Assembly (NCBI GenBank): GCA_963575745.1
Contig: CAUYUJ010000026.1
Span: 310,001 to 374,000, forward strand
From: Prorocentrum cordatum
Taxonomy: Eukaryota
Length of the DNA: 64,000 nt
Direction: 5' to 3'
The notes under the pieces were generated by a model. It did no database searches. It saw nothing but the letters and a program-made list of their open reading frames with translations, and had not been told where the DNA came from. Position numbers and translations under genes: made by a program. Of the stretch, positions 12,130-25,500 are shown piece after piece (position 1 is the stretch's first letter; every line of letters begins with the position of its first letter).

Positions 12130-12705
12130 CCATGGAAGACAGCGGGAGACTACGGGAGACAATGAGATGGCGTGTGTGACAACGGGGGACAACATGAGAC
12201 AATGGGAGACTGTGGGAGACTGTGGGAGACAGTGGTTAGCAACGGGAGCCCAATGAGAGACCATGGGAGACGAGGTCGCCCGACCGACTCTCAACGGGAT
12301 GCAATGGGGAGACAAAGGCGGACAACAGGAGACAACGTCGCCCAACCGCTGCAGGATCTGGCAATCTCCGTTTTAGCTTTGCTAAGCATCGCCCCCGCAG
12401 GCTATGTGTTTTCGGGAAGCGCTGGTTACATCCGTGCGACAGAAAACCCTTAACACTTTTAATTGAAGGTGGGCCGGAGAAGGGCATACCGGAGGCATCG
12501 TGAGACAACGGAAAGTAACGTGAGGCAAAGGAAGACAGTGGTAGGCAACGGGAGGCTATTGGAAACAACGGCAGGCGACGGGAGTCAGACAATGGGAGTC
12601 AACGGGCGACAATGGGAGACAGCGGGCGAAAACGGTAGACAGCGGGCGACAACGGGAGACAGCGAAAGACAGCGGGAGGCAACGGGAGACGCCGGGAGAC
12701 AGTGG
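12130..12705. repeat. Degenerate ~10-bp GGGAGACAAC/GGGAGACAGC satellite
   Basis: Many gggagac(a/t) units at 12140-12340 and 12500-12700. Confidence 0.8.
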
Positions 12706-13900
12706 CGCCCCGCCAGATTCCAGATCAGGCGATCCCCGCAGTCGGCTTCTCAACAACAAACCTGGTTTGGGACGCTCACAGGCAAAACTGCTTGGGGAAT
12801 GATGACCAAAATGTAACGGAATCTCGTGTTTCGTCGACGCCGATATTGGTCATGGTCCATGTTGGCCTCCGCCCATTCGTGAGGAAGAACCCTAAGGTGA
12901 CGATGACCAGCATGGAACGTGTTCAAGATCGGCATTAACGTTTCCACGTTCAGCCTTGGTCATGGTCATCGGCTTCTTTCCCTCAACAGTGGTTTCTCGC
13001 ACCCAGCGTTTGGCACCTCATGGGGCGCCGGCCATGGGGCACCAGGGCCGCCAGAAGTCGCGACGAGGGAGAATCGAATAACACCAGCAATATACCAGAA
13101 GTCGAGACAACCAGCGCATCACGGGGCATCGGCCCTAGGGCACCAGGGCCGTAGCCAGACATCGCGACATACAGTTCATCGTATGGTAGGTTCGCGTCGT
13201 GTCAACCGTCGGAGATCCCGCCGCTGGCGCTCGACGTGGAGCGCCGCCAGCGGCCCAGACTAGGTCGACGTGCGTCGATTTGCCGTTTCGTCAACGGCCG
13301 ATCGTTTCAGGTTGCACGATCCCCGCGGTGTCAGCAACCAACCCCGAAGTCGGCACGGCACGAACCTGCCGTAGGGGGCCAGGGCATCCGCCAGAATGCA
13401 CACTTGCAGCAGCCAGGAGTCGCGGCGGGCGGGGCATCACAGCACATCAGCCACAGGACACCATCCACAAGGCCACTTGGCGGCCACCAGCGGTCGCGGC
13501 AAACGGTGCATCACAGCGCCCCAGCCATAGTGCCGCCACCCATGGCGCACCCAGAAGTTTTTGGAACCTTCACAGGATCGCCCCCTCCCCCCGACTTCCC
13601 TGAGACCTGGGCGCTGCACTTGCTTCGCAACGGGCGTTTTCGTCCACTTCGGGCCCCTGGGTCGACCTGGCGAGAGACCGCAGCAGAAACATGGGTTTCA
13701 GGGCTCGGGTCGTGATTGTTTGTACGATGTTCCAACTTCGTCGGCGCGTCGGATCTCGTGGCCCCCCCGCCCCCGCACAGGTGGCTCCCTGAGCATCTCC
13801 GTGTCCGAGCCGGCAGCTTTCGCCAGCGACCCGTTGGCTCAGAGCGCCGTCGCGTCGGTGCCGCCGAGCGCCTCTCTTTTTCTGTTGGTGGTGGCACTAC

Positions 13901-14050
13901 GTCGGGCGTGTCCCTCTGCAGGAGCAGTATTCAAACATGATAAGACAGTCTGGGGACGACTTGCTGAGAATGGTTTGTTTATTTGTTTGAATAGTTGTTG
14001 CGTCTTTTAAATGTTCGTCCAAAATCCGCCTGCAGGAGGACACGCCCGAC
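13901..14050. mobile_element. MITE family B copy (150 bp)
   Basis: GTCGGGCGTGTCCCTCTGCAGG ... CCTGCAGGAGGACACGCCCGAC, 22-bp near-perfect TIRs with an AT-rich interior. Confidence 0.85.
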
Positions 14051-15769
14051 TTAAAATGGTGGCACCAGGGGAGGGCGAGTCCGTCAATGTGGTTCTGAGG
14101 GGCAGCGTGAGGGGGAACAGGCTCAGGGTGGAACGCATCAACCCCCACTCGCCCATGCATCGCCGAGAGGGGCCCGATGGCCTATAGCCCCGCACAGGAG
14201 CGTGCGGACTCGCCATCGGGGGCCTGCTGCCGATCATTCTCCCTTCTCCCTCCGCATCCTTCTTCCCTCCCTCCCTTCTTCTTCTTCTTCTTCTTCTCCT
14301 CCTCCTCCTCCTCCTCCTCCTCCTTATGCCTTATGCCTCTCCTCCTTTCCGCTCCGTAATGCAAACGACTTGTGGAGATTCGTTCGTGACAGCGTTCAGC
14401 TTGTTCAGTCATGTCGCTCTGATCGGCTAGCGCAAACCTTGGTGACGACTCATCCTGGACGTGGTAGCTGAACGCGGGCCTCGTTGCGCGGGGCAAAGCT
14501 CGCTAAGCTTGGCGGCGGCGAGAGACAGCCGATTCACGCCATCTATCCAGAACAAGCCCCTGCGAGTTGTGATCGGACGCTAATCCATGCCTCAGCGGTT
14601 CTCGCAGCGGTGCTCTCAGCGGTACTTTCAGCCTTGCGGGCAGCGGATCACCGCTCGCACCACGCCTCGAAAGAATGCCCCCAGCCGTCGCCAAACACCG
14701 CCCCACCCACCAAGCACCGGCCCAGCTTCTCGCAAGAACATCTGCTTCTCCTGCATAGGGCTTAGGACGGTTAGGAGGCTGCATGACTGCATTGGGGGGC
14801 AAAGGGGGAGAACAACGAGGAATTGGGGAGGGGGGCGACATCGAGTCATTAGCAGGATGATCGCGCGAGAACGGAGGAGCGAGCGCGAAGTGGGCTCCTG
14901 GTGGCGTTGTCGCGTCCCCTCTTGCTGACGCCAGGCTGGTGGTGCCGAGCATCACAGGACGGCAATGTCCTTCGCCGAAGCGTTGTAAAGACGCTGTGGG
15001 TACCCAGTCGAGAGCGGAGGAGGGACGCAGCAACAGGAGGGGGTCAAGGTCAATGCCCCCCCCTCCTGGGGGCAGCCCCCCCTTCTCGTCTCCATCCCGT
15101 TCATCCTCACGGCCTCCCTTGGGGCCCCTGAGCCACTGTCAAAAATCCTCACGGCCACAGGCTCAAAGCAGCAGGATGAGACGCACCGGGTAAGGACAAG
15201 CAGGAGGAGGAGGAGGAGGAGGAGGAGGAGGAGGAGTTGGAGAAGGAGGAGGAGGGGGAGGAGGAGGAGGAGGAGGAGGACAAGAACCACAAGGAGGAGG
15301 TGGAGGAGGAGGAGGAGGAGTACAACGAGGGCAAGGAGAGGGAGGAGGAGGAGGAGGAGGAGGAGGAGGAGGAGGAGGAGGAGAAGGAAGAGGAGGCGGA
15401 GGAGGACCAGTGCAAACCCAAGGCTCATTAACGAGATTGCAATCAACCCTCCCTCCAATTCCCCTTTCCATTGGGCCCTACAGGGGCCGTTTTCGCCGAG
15501 TGGAGTGCCCTGTTCGCAAACAGCCGTTTGAAAATCTTGAACTGTGCCAGAACACCGTTACTGGGTTTGAACACCACGATTCACTGTAGTTGTTGCGTCT
15601 TGACGGTTCTGAATCGTGCCTGAACACCTTTCCTGGGACTTCAACTCCGCGAATCAACCTGACTGTTGCGCCCTGGCAGTCTGACATGTTGACAGAACAC
15701 TGGTTCTGCGCGTTGGCTATGAGAATTCTTGAAATGAAGCTGCAGTTAATTAACTCTTTAGACGAGTTT

Positions 15770-16037
15770 TGAAACGGAGCCGCCCATCCGTGAAGCTCCT
15801 GCAGTTGTTTGAACAAATGCGCGCTGCGCCATGGCCAGAGCCACATTCTGAAAACGACCCGCCCTCCATCCGTGAAGTTCTTATAGGTGTCTAAAAGAAT
15901 GTGCGTGGCGCCAATGCGAGAGCCACATTTTGAGAACGACCCCCCCCATCTGTGAAGCTCTTGGAATGTTTGAAAGCGACTGTGCGCGGCGCCAAGGCGA
16001 GAGCCACATTTCGAAAGCGACCCGCATTCCATCCGTG
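15770..16037. repeat. ~80-bp tandem repeat, about 3.3 copies
   Basis: CCATCCGTGAAG and GAGCCACATT(C/T)(T/C)GA recur with a period of ~80 bp. Confidence 0.8.
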
Positions 16038-16804
16038 TAATGGTTGCCACTTTGACGATTGAGGATCCTATTTGGCGAGGACGTCTCAGGCGGAACGCCC
16101 AGCCCACCCTTTCGACCAGCCTCGGGGTGCGACAGGGAGGAGCTATTCTAAGTAAAGGAAAATGAAGGACAGACAGGATCAACAGGATTCACCGGCCCTC
16201 ATTCTACCGTGTAGGACGGACTTGCCGTTGCCCAGGGGCCCTCACCCCAAAGGCCTTCACGTGGTCGGGTTTTGGCCCTTCCGCAGACGATTCAATCTGC
16301 CTTGTGCATTGGCTCGGCGGCCCCTGCACACGCTCCTGCAGAGACTCTGCCAACGCTGCTGAGCGTGGCAGGCGCACTTTACAAAACGCACAGCCTGGTC
16401 GGATCACGAGCTGGTGCCGATATGTCTGTGCCAGCTCTGCCCTGCGAGCCGCGTCTGGGCCGACCTGGCCGAGGGGCGTCCAGCCTCCTCCGAGGGCCCG
16501 TCCGCTTCCCTGGCCCCCCCACGCTGCTACACGACGCAAGCACCCGTCCCACTAGTACTCGGGGCCCGCAGCGGCCCGTCATTGGATGTGCTAGTTACTT
16601 CTGGTGACAGGGCCAGGACTTTCGCATTGAATTTCAACGTGAAGTGCTCCGGACCTGTTCACAAGTGCGCAGGTGAATCTCGACGTGCCGCCCCGGGTAT
16701 GCTAGCGAGGCTGCTTCTAGCTTTGCACCTCCGTCTGCGGCCTTACCGTGAGCGGCTCGAACGAGGAACACTTACTTTTCAAAAGGGGTTCGGTCGTTCC
16801 TTCG

Positions 16805-16926
16805 GCCTGCATGCGTTATTTATCGTTCCTTATGCGTTGCTTATTATGTATCGTGTGCGTTACTCCCTGGAAAAAAGGGGACTTCGTTCCTTATTTACCG
16901 TTCCCTAGGTCAGGCCGATGACTGTA
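16805..16926. mobile_element. Dispersed repeat ending in a putative DNA-transposon terminus (minus strand TA-CAGTCATCGGCCTGACCTA)
   Basis: Shared with 52890-53013: gcatgcgtta..ccttatgcg..aaagggg..cttcgttc..taggtcaggccgatgactgta. Similarity stops at the TA in both copies. Confidence 0.65.
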
Positions 16927-17100
16927 TTGCCCTGGATGCGTTTCACATCTATGGCTCGGCGTTCGATTACCGTGGCATGTGCCTTCACATTTTTGACCTG
17001 GTGCGCCTGTGGGCCCATTCCGCCTAGCTCCGAAATAGGGTGCTCGGCTGGCACGCGGGCTCGAAATGCGCGTGTATAACTCCAGCCGGGCCTTCTACAC
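16927..17100 (-). pseudogene. RNase H C-terminal fragment of a non-LTR retroelement
   Basis: QVKNVKAHATVIERRAIDVKRIQGN matches the RNase H V.AH...GN..AD pattern and resembles the copy at 41060-41160. It is cut off at the GN motif. Confidence 0.55.
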
Positions 17101-19516
17101 GAGGCGCTGCGCAATTGACAACTCGGCCGCCGACCCATCCCAGAGCAATTTCCACACTGCGCACGATTTGACGCCTGTGCTTCATCCCGGTCTTCTTCTG
17201 TCTCTCCCTCCTCGTCGTTCTCCTTCCCGCTGGCGACCGGGTCGGGGAAATGGGCGGTCTCTGTCGAACTGTCATCACTTGTCAGACCAGCTTTGCCCGC
17301 ACCATTCCGCATCCTGGCAGCAGGCCGCGCACATCCCAGATGATGTACCTCTTTCGTCGCGCTTTGGCAGGCTTCTGCTGTCCAGAGCCCCACCCGTTTC
17401 CTCCCCGCCTTGCGTGCATGCGTTCCTTGCTTTCCCTCCTCGGCCTTCCCCTCTGCCTCTCTCTTGGGTCGGGTCGGGGTGAGGGGGCTGGCACTGGGGG
17501 GAGGACGCGCGACGAGCTCTGGACCAGAGTAGTTGGCCGCAGTTGTGCCAGCGGGACCCGTCCAGCGAATGATCTAACATGAGACTCACTCGGCATTCCC
17601 ATTGCGGGCGCATTCAATGCCAATGGCAAGCCTGTCAGAGCCGTCACACCCAGAAGCGGTTGCGCTTGAACCGCGATCGCTGTTCACCTCCTGCCCACAA
17701 CACTGTGCAAACCGCAGGAGGGAGCATTTGAAACACAGTCTATTCCCCACCTCCCGCCCCACGCTTCACCCGTACGTTCTTCATCACACGGGTAAGCATG
17801 GTCACGCAAGCCCTTCCGCCCATATGCTCATCCGCGCGGCTGACCAAGAGGGAACAGGACGCAGGGGGGGGAGCTGAGGATGGGGCGGGTGTTGGAGAAA
17901 GCGACGTGCTTTGAACCAGACTGGTCGTCACAGCCGTGACGGCGCGACTGGTCCAGCAAATGCCTTCAGGCTTGGACATGACTCACCCGCTATCCACTGC
18001 GCGCGCCACAGGGATGCAACCCTCGACTTGTCAAAGCCGTCCTGTCACCAGACAACTCCGGCGACGGCGACGTTCCTCCCATCTCCTCCCCCCTTCCTCC
18101 CCTTTCTTTTTCTTCGTGAACCTCTCCGGGGGCTCCACCGTCTCCGCGGCCGTTGCCCGGGGTTCGATTCGCCCATCTCGACTACTCGCGCAGCTGACCA
18201 ACAGGGATCGGGAGTCAGGGGAAAAGCTGGGAGGATTCGCGACGAACTCTGAACCAGACGGGCCGCAGCCGTGCCGGCGCGACCTGGCCAGCGAATGATC
18301 TAACGTGAGACGCATTCGGCATTCTCACTTTGAGCGCCGCAGGTTCGCAACCTGCAGTGCGAACGCCAGACCTGCCATAGCCACGGTGTCCATGGCAGGG
18401 CTGGGTTGACGGTGTCATCAGACTGGCCGGAGCCACGCCCAGCGAGAACGCCACCGCTGATTGCTCATTGCAACCCGGCCACGCTCGGCGAGAACGCCAC
18501 CGCTGACGGCCAACCAACCAGCGGTTCATCAGCGAAAACACCGCCGACGCTGGCGACCGCACCCAGCCTCCCCCAATCCTTCTTTCATCCTCGCCTTCCT
18601 CCGTCCTATCCCTTGGCGCGCGCCCGTGGCACAGCCACAACGGGGTCCGTGTTGGCGGCGGGGGGGTGGGATGAATCGGGAGGGGAGGTCGCATCAGCGT
18701 GTGGATGACGAGGGCGAGAATCCTTCTTTTGCCCATCTTCGCCGGTGGCACGGCGCAGCCAGGGAGTCGACCAACCCCACCAGCAGCGACCGCTGCTGGG
18801 GGGGGGGGGGAGCTGGGGGGCGCGTTCGAAGAACTCTGAGGCCGTCAGTCCTGAGTCCTGCTACGGAGGAGGAGGACGAGAAGGAGGAGGAGGCGGAGGA
18901 GGAGGACGAGGAGTAGGAGGAGGGGTAGGGAGGAGGAGGAGGAGGAGGAGGACGAGGAGGACGAGGAGGAGGAGGAGGACGAGGAGGACGAGGAGTAGAA
19001 GGAGGACGAGGAGGAGGACGCAGAGGACGAGGAGGAGGAGGACGAGGAGGAGGAGGAGGAGCCTGGGAACGCGCTGGGCTCAGCCACCCCCCCCTGCAGT
19101 CGCTCGCCACCGTCTTCGGCCTCACGCAGCAGCAGGCCGACAACAACCTCGCGGTGTCGCTCTCCGTGGCCAGGCGCCCCTCCTACGCGATCCCCCCTTG
19201 CCCCCTTTACCACGAAGGAGGGCCCAGAGCTCTTCTTGGCGCTCGGGGGAAAAATCAACACAGTCAACCCGCATAGCTGGCCAGCCTCGCTCGAAAAACG
19301 CGAAGGTGCCCCCCCCAAGGCCCTTGCATCCTTATCGCGCGTCCTTATTATCCGTAAGGGCTTCGCCCCCTGCTGCCGGCTCCTTCTCGATCATAATGGG
19401 TCAGAATGGGATCTATCAGAGTCGCGTCGGTGCGTCTCAGCGCTGCCTTGGCGCATCTGGGAACAACATGCGGGGGCGGATAGGAATCATCAGCGCAAAT
19501 GAAGACGTTGCCGTTA

Positions 19517-22500
19517 TCGAAGACGCCTACGGCGAATCACCGCCGCTCCCTGCCTTTTTGGAAGCGCCTGCGTGGCCGAAAGTTGGGTTGGAGCTTGGCC
19601 AAGCTATCGGGCCACGCGTTCCCCGAGTGGGTTTCGAAAGCTTTCGGGGAACACGGAGTCGGGCGAGCTATCGGACCAGGTGGTTTCCGAGCTTTCGGGT
19701 TTACTGGAGGACGTCTTGGAGGGCTCTTGGGCCGTCTTGGAGGCCTCTTGCGGGCCGTTTGGGCCGTCATACGCCGTCAGTAGCCGTCTTGGCGGCCTCT
19801 CTGAACGGACTTGAGGTCCTCTTGGGGCGCTTCAGGGCTGTCTTGGAGACCATCTTGGGCGTCTTGGAGGCCTCTTGGGCCGTCTTGGGGCCTTCTTGAG
19901 GCCCTCTAGGGGGCCTCTTGGGCTGACTAGGGCCATGGGCTGACTGGGGCCATCTTAGAGGCCTCTTGGGCGCTCTTGGGTCGATGTTGGGGGCCGCTTG
20001 GACCGTCTTGGGCCGTCGGAGAGCTGAAAAGGAGCGAACGCTACAATCCTTGGAACACCTAAGGCAATTCAATGATTTGGGCCCTTTCGGGCCTTCCTGG
20101 AGGACGTCTCGGAGGGCTCTTGGGCCGTCTTGGGGGCCTCTTGCGGGCCTATAGGGTCGTCTTAGGCCATCTTGAGGCCATGTTGGGCCGTCTTGGGCGC
20201 TCCTTCGGGCCACCTTAGCCGTTTTGACAACCATCTTGGGCGTCTCGGGGGCATTTTGGAGGCCATCTTGGCTGTCTTGGAGGCTATCTTGGGCGTCTTG
20301 GGGGCCTCTTGGGCCGTCTTGGGGCCTTCTTGGAGCCCTCTTGGGGGCCTCTTGGGCTGTCATGGGGCCATCTTGGAGGCCTCTTGGGCGCTCTTGGGTC
20401 GGTGTTGGGGGCCGCTTGGGCCGTCTTGTGCCGTCGGAGAGCTGAGAAGGGCAACGCAATGATTTAAACCCTGTCGGGCCTTCCTGGAGGACGTCTTGGA
20501 ATGCTCTTGGGCCGTCTTGGGGGCTCTTGCGGGCCTTTTGGGCAGTCTTAGGCCGTCTTGAGGCCATCTTGGGCCGTCTTGGGTGCATTTTGGGGCCATC
20601 TTGGCCGTCTTGGAGGCATCTTGGAGACCCATCTTGGGCGTCTTGGAGGCCATCTGGGGCTTCTTGGGAGCCTCTGGGGCCGTCTCGGGGCCTTTTAGTG
20701 GCCGTCTTTGGGGCCTCTTGGGCCGTCCATGGGCCGTCTTGGAGGCTTCTTGGGCACTCTTGGGGCGATCTTGATGGCCTCTTGGGCAGTCTTGGGCCGT
20801 CAGAAGGCCGAAAAGGAGCAAAAGCCAAAATCCTTGGAAAACCCAAGGGAAATCAATAATTTTGACCTCTTCGGGCCGTCCTTGAGGACCCTGGGGGACC
20901 TGTTCGAGGCCTCTTGGGCCGTCTTGGAGGCCTCTTGGAGGCCTCTGGGGCCGTCTTGGGCCGTCTCAGGTGTTTCTTGTGCGAACTTGGAGGCATCCTA
21001 GACTTTTCTGGGCCGTCTTCGAGGCCATCTTGGACCATCTTAGGCGATCTTGGAGTCCATCTTGGAGACCATCTTGGCCATCTTGGAGGCCATCTTGGAG
21101 TCGTCTGGAGCCGAAAAACTTTTTGCAACCGCCTGTTGTGCATCTCTGCGCGCCCTTCCGGATGGCCGAAGCCCAGGGGGAGTTCTTTTGGAGAAGAACC
21201 GAAACCAAAAGCGAAAGGGTTCAGCACGCCGGGCACCCCTGTGATGAATCAACAGGGGGCGGCGGATCGAAGACGCCTGCTGCGAATCACCGGCCCCCCC
21301 CTGCCCTTGTGGAAGCGCCTATGTGTCCAACAGCTAGGCTAGAGCTTGGCCAAGCTATCGGACCATGTGTTCCCCGAGTCGATTTGGAAAGGTTTCGGGG
21401 AACGCGGGGGGGAGGAAGGGGAGGAGGAGAAGAACGAGGAAAAAGGAGAAGGGGGAGGATGCCTCTTCGGAGCTTCTTGAGGCACTCTTGGGCTCGATTG
21501 GGCCATTCTTGGAGGCCAAGTTGGGGCTATCTTGGGCTCTCTTGGGGCCTCTTGAGGGCCTCTTGGGGTCCTTTTGGGGCTTCTCGGGGCTTCTTCCGTC
21601 GGGAGTTGTCTTGGAGCCCTCTCTGGGCCGTCTTGGGGCCCTCTTGGGGCGCTTCAGGGCCGTCTTGGAGACCATCTTGGGCGTCTGGCAGTCCTTTTGT
21701 GCCGTCTTGGGGCCCTCCTGGGGGCGTCTTGGGGGCCTCTTGGGCCGTCATGGGGCCTTCTTGGAGGCCTCTTGGGCGATCTTCGGAGCCTCTTGGGCCG
21801 TCCTCGGCCGACGCAAAGCCCAAAAGACGCACAGGCCAACATCCTTCAAAAACCTGAGGGGAATTCGTGATTTTGGCTTGTCCAGGTCTTCTGGAGGACC
21901 TCTTGGAGGCCTCTTGGGTCGTATTGGAGGCCTCTTGGGGGCCTCTTGCGTCGTCTTGGTCCATCTTGATGCCATCTGAGGCTGTCTTGAGTGCATCTTG
22001 GCTTGTCTTGGAGGCTCTTGGAGGCCATCTTGGCCGTTGGGGATGCATCTTGGAGGCTTGGAGCCGTCTGGAGCAGGACAAACCCTTTGCAACTGGGTCT
22101 GGAAAATCTTTCCGGGTGGCCGGCGGGACGGGCCGAAGCGCCAGGGGGAGCTCTTTTGGAAAAAGAGCCAAAACAAAAACCGAAAGGGTCTTGCACGCCA
22201 GGCACCCCTTTGATGAATCGACAGAGGGCGGCGGATCGAAGACGCCTACGGCGAATCACCGCCGCCCCCTGCCTTTTTGGTAACGCCTATGAGGCCGAAC
22301 GTTGAGGCCAGACCTGCCAAGCTATCGGACCATGTGTTCCCCGAATCGGTTTAGATGAAAGCCTTCGAGAAACACGAAGCGGAGAGTGAGCACGAAGAGG
22401 AAGCGGAAGCGGAAAAGGACAAGGAAGAGTAGGAGGAGGGGGGTTCTTGGAATCCTCATCGGGGCCTCCTTGGCTCTCTTGGGAGAGGGTTCCCAGAGGC

Positions 22501-25500
22501 AACCTTTGCAGGATGTCTCGAACGAAACGCTTATGTTCGAACAAACGTGTCAAACAAACAAGGTGTTTTCAAGATTCTGGCTTCTTGGACTATCTTGGAT
22601 GTCATTCGAGAGCTTTCAGACATGATCTTCGAACCAATGATATACACCATTCAATGTTTTAAGGATGTCCCTAGCGAAACTGTCTTTTTGAACATCCGAA
22701 GACGAAGCGAAGTCATCGAGGTCCCGATCCCAAATGTCTAAGGATGTCTCGAGCGAAACGCTGATTTTTATCATAAGGCTTTTTAGGCTGGAATCCTCCA
22801 GAGAGCGATTTGTTGAGGATGTCCCAAGCGAAACAGCCGTTTTTGAAGCACGAAACCAAAGCCGAAAGGGTCTAGCACGCCAGGCACCCCTGCGATGAAT
22901 CGACAGGGGGCGGCGGATCGAAGACCGTCTTCGATCCGCCGCCATGGGGCCGTCTTGGGGCCCTCTTGGGCCGTCATGGGGCCCTCTTGGGGGCCTCATG
23001 ACGGCCGTCATGGGGCCCTCTTGGGGGCCTCTTGGGCGATCTTTGGGGCATCTGGGGCCGTCTTGGGCCGTCGGAATGCAGAGAAGAAGCAAATTCCAAA
23101 AACCAAAGGAAAATCAATGATGTTGGCTTCTTCGGGCCCTCCTGGAGGACCTCTTGGAGGCCTCTTGGGCCGTCTGGGAGGCCTCTGGGGGGCCTCTTGG
23201 GCCGTCTTGGGCCGTCTTGGACTCCCTTGGGCCGTCTTGGAGGCCGTATTGGACCATCTTGGGCGGACTTGGAGGCCATCTTGGGCCATCTTCGCGATTG
23301 TTTGAGGATATCCCGAGCGAAACGGCCGATTCAGGGAGGATGTTTCGTGGAGTTTGCGGTCCTGGAGGAGCCTCCCCGTACCCCGGCGGGACGGGCCGAA
23401 GCGCCAGTGGGAGTTCTTTTGGAAAAAGAACCAAAACCAAAACCGAAAGGATCCAGCACGCCATGCACCCCTGCGATGAATCAACAGGGGGCGGCGGATC
23501 GAAGACGCCTTCGGCGAATCACCGCCGCCCCCTGCCTTTGTGGAAGCGCCTATGTGGCCGAACGTTGAGGCCAGACCTGCCAAGCTATCGGACCAAGGTT
23601 TTCCCCAAATCGGTTTGGAAAGCCTTCGGGGAACACGTGGGCATCTTGAAGGTCATCTTGGCCGCCTGGAGGCCATTTTGACCTTTTCGGGCCTTTTTGG
23701 AGGACGTCTTGGAGGGCTCGTGGGCCATCTTGGAGGCCATCTTGAGGTCTTGGAGGCCTCTTGGGCCGTCTTGGGGCCTCTTGGGGCCGTCTTGGGCGCC
23801 TCTTGGGCTGTTATGGGGCTATCTTGGAGGCCTCTTGGGCGATCTTGGGTGATCATTGGGAGCTCTTGGGCCGTATCGGGCCGTCGCAAGGCCGAAACGA
23901 AGCAAATGTCAAAATCCTTCAAAAACCTTACGAAAATCACTCTTTTTGGCCTTTTCTGGCCTTCCTGGAGGCCCTCTTAGAGGCCTCTTGGGCCGTCTTG
24001 GGCCAGCTGCGAGCCACCTTCGGCCATCTTGGTGGGCTCCTGGCACGTCTGACGCCGTCGGAAGCTGTTTCGGGGGCCTTTCTGGGCCGACTTGGGGCCC
24101 TCTTGGGGTGCTCCAGGGCCGTCTTAGAGGCCATCTTGGGCGTCTTCGAGACCTCTTGGGCCGTCTTGGCGCTTTCTTTGGGCCGTTTTGGGCGCCTCAA
24201 GGGCCGTTTTGAGCCCATCTTGGAGGCCTCTTGAGCGATTTTGGGGCGACCTCGGCGGTCTGTGGAGCCGTCAAGGGCTGTCGGAAAGCCGAAAAGGCGC
24301 AAATGCCAAAATCCTTCAAAAACCGTTGGGAAATCTGGCGGAACTCTTGAAGGCCTCTTGGGCCGTCTTGGAGGCCTCTTGCGGGCCTTTTGGGTCGTCT
24401 TAGACCATATTGGGGCCGTCTTGGGCCGTCTTGGATACATCTTGGTGCCATCGTAGCCGTCTGAGAGGCCATCTTGGCTGTCTTGGAGGCATTTTGCAGG
24501 CCATCTCGGGCCATCTTCGCGATTTGTTGGGGATGTCCCGAGCGAAACGGATTTTTTTGGCGATGGCAACCGGGTCTTCCGGGTGGCCGGCGGGACGCGC
24601 CGGATCTTCTTTTCGACAAAAGAACCAAAACCAAAACAGAGAGGGTCTAGCACGCCAGGCACCCTTGCGATGAATCGACAGGGGGCGGCGGATCGAAGAC
24701 GCCTACGGCGAATCACCGCCGCCCCCTGCCTTTTTGGAAACGCCTATGAGGCCGAACGTTGAGGCCAGACCTGCCAAGCTATCGGACCATGTGTTCCCCA
24801 AATCGGTTTGGAAAGCCTTCGGGGAACACGTGGGCATCTTGAAGGTCATCTTGGCCGCCGGGAGGCCATATTGACTCTTGCGGGCCTTTTTTGGGGGACG
24901 TCTTAGAGGGCTCTTGGGCCGTCTTGGAGGCCATCTTGAGCGTCTTGGAGACCTCTTGGGCCGCCTTGGGGGCCTCTTGGGGCCGTGTCTTGTGCCTCTT
25001 GGGCGATCTTTGGGGGCACTTGGGCCGTCTCGGGCCGTCGGAAGGCCGAAACGAAGCAAATGCCAAAATCTGTGAAAACAAAACCTCAAGAGAATCCATG
25101 TTTTGGGCTTCATCTGGCCTTCCTGGAGGCCCTCTTGGAGGCCTCCTGGGCCGTCTTGGGCCATCTTAGGGCCATGTTCGGCCGTCTTGGTGGGCTCCTG
25201 GTCCGCCTGACGCCGTCGGAAGCCGTTTGGGGGGCCTCTATGGGCCGACTTGGGGCCATCTGAATGCTCCAGGGCCGTCTTGGAGGCCCATCTTGGGCGT
25301 CTTAAAGGCCTCCTGTGCCGTCTTGGGAGCCTCTTGGAGGCCTCTAGGGCGATCTTTCGGCGGTCTTTGGGGACATTTGGGCCGTCTCGGGCCGTCGGAA
25401 GGCCGAAAAGAAGCAAATGTCAACATCTGTGAAACAAACCTAAGGAAAATCAATGTTTTGGGCCTCGTCTGGCCTTCCTGGAGGCCCTCTTGGGGGCCTC

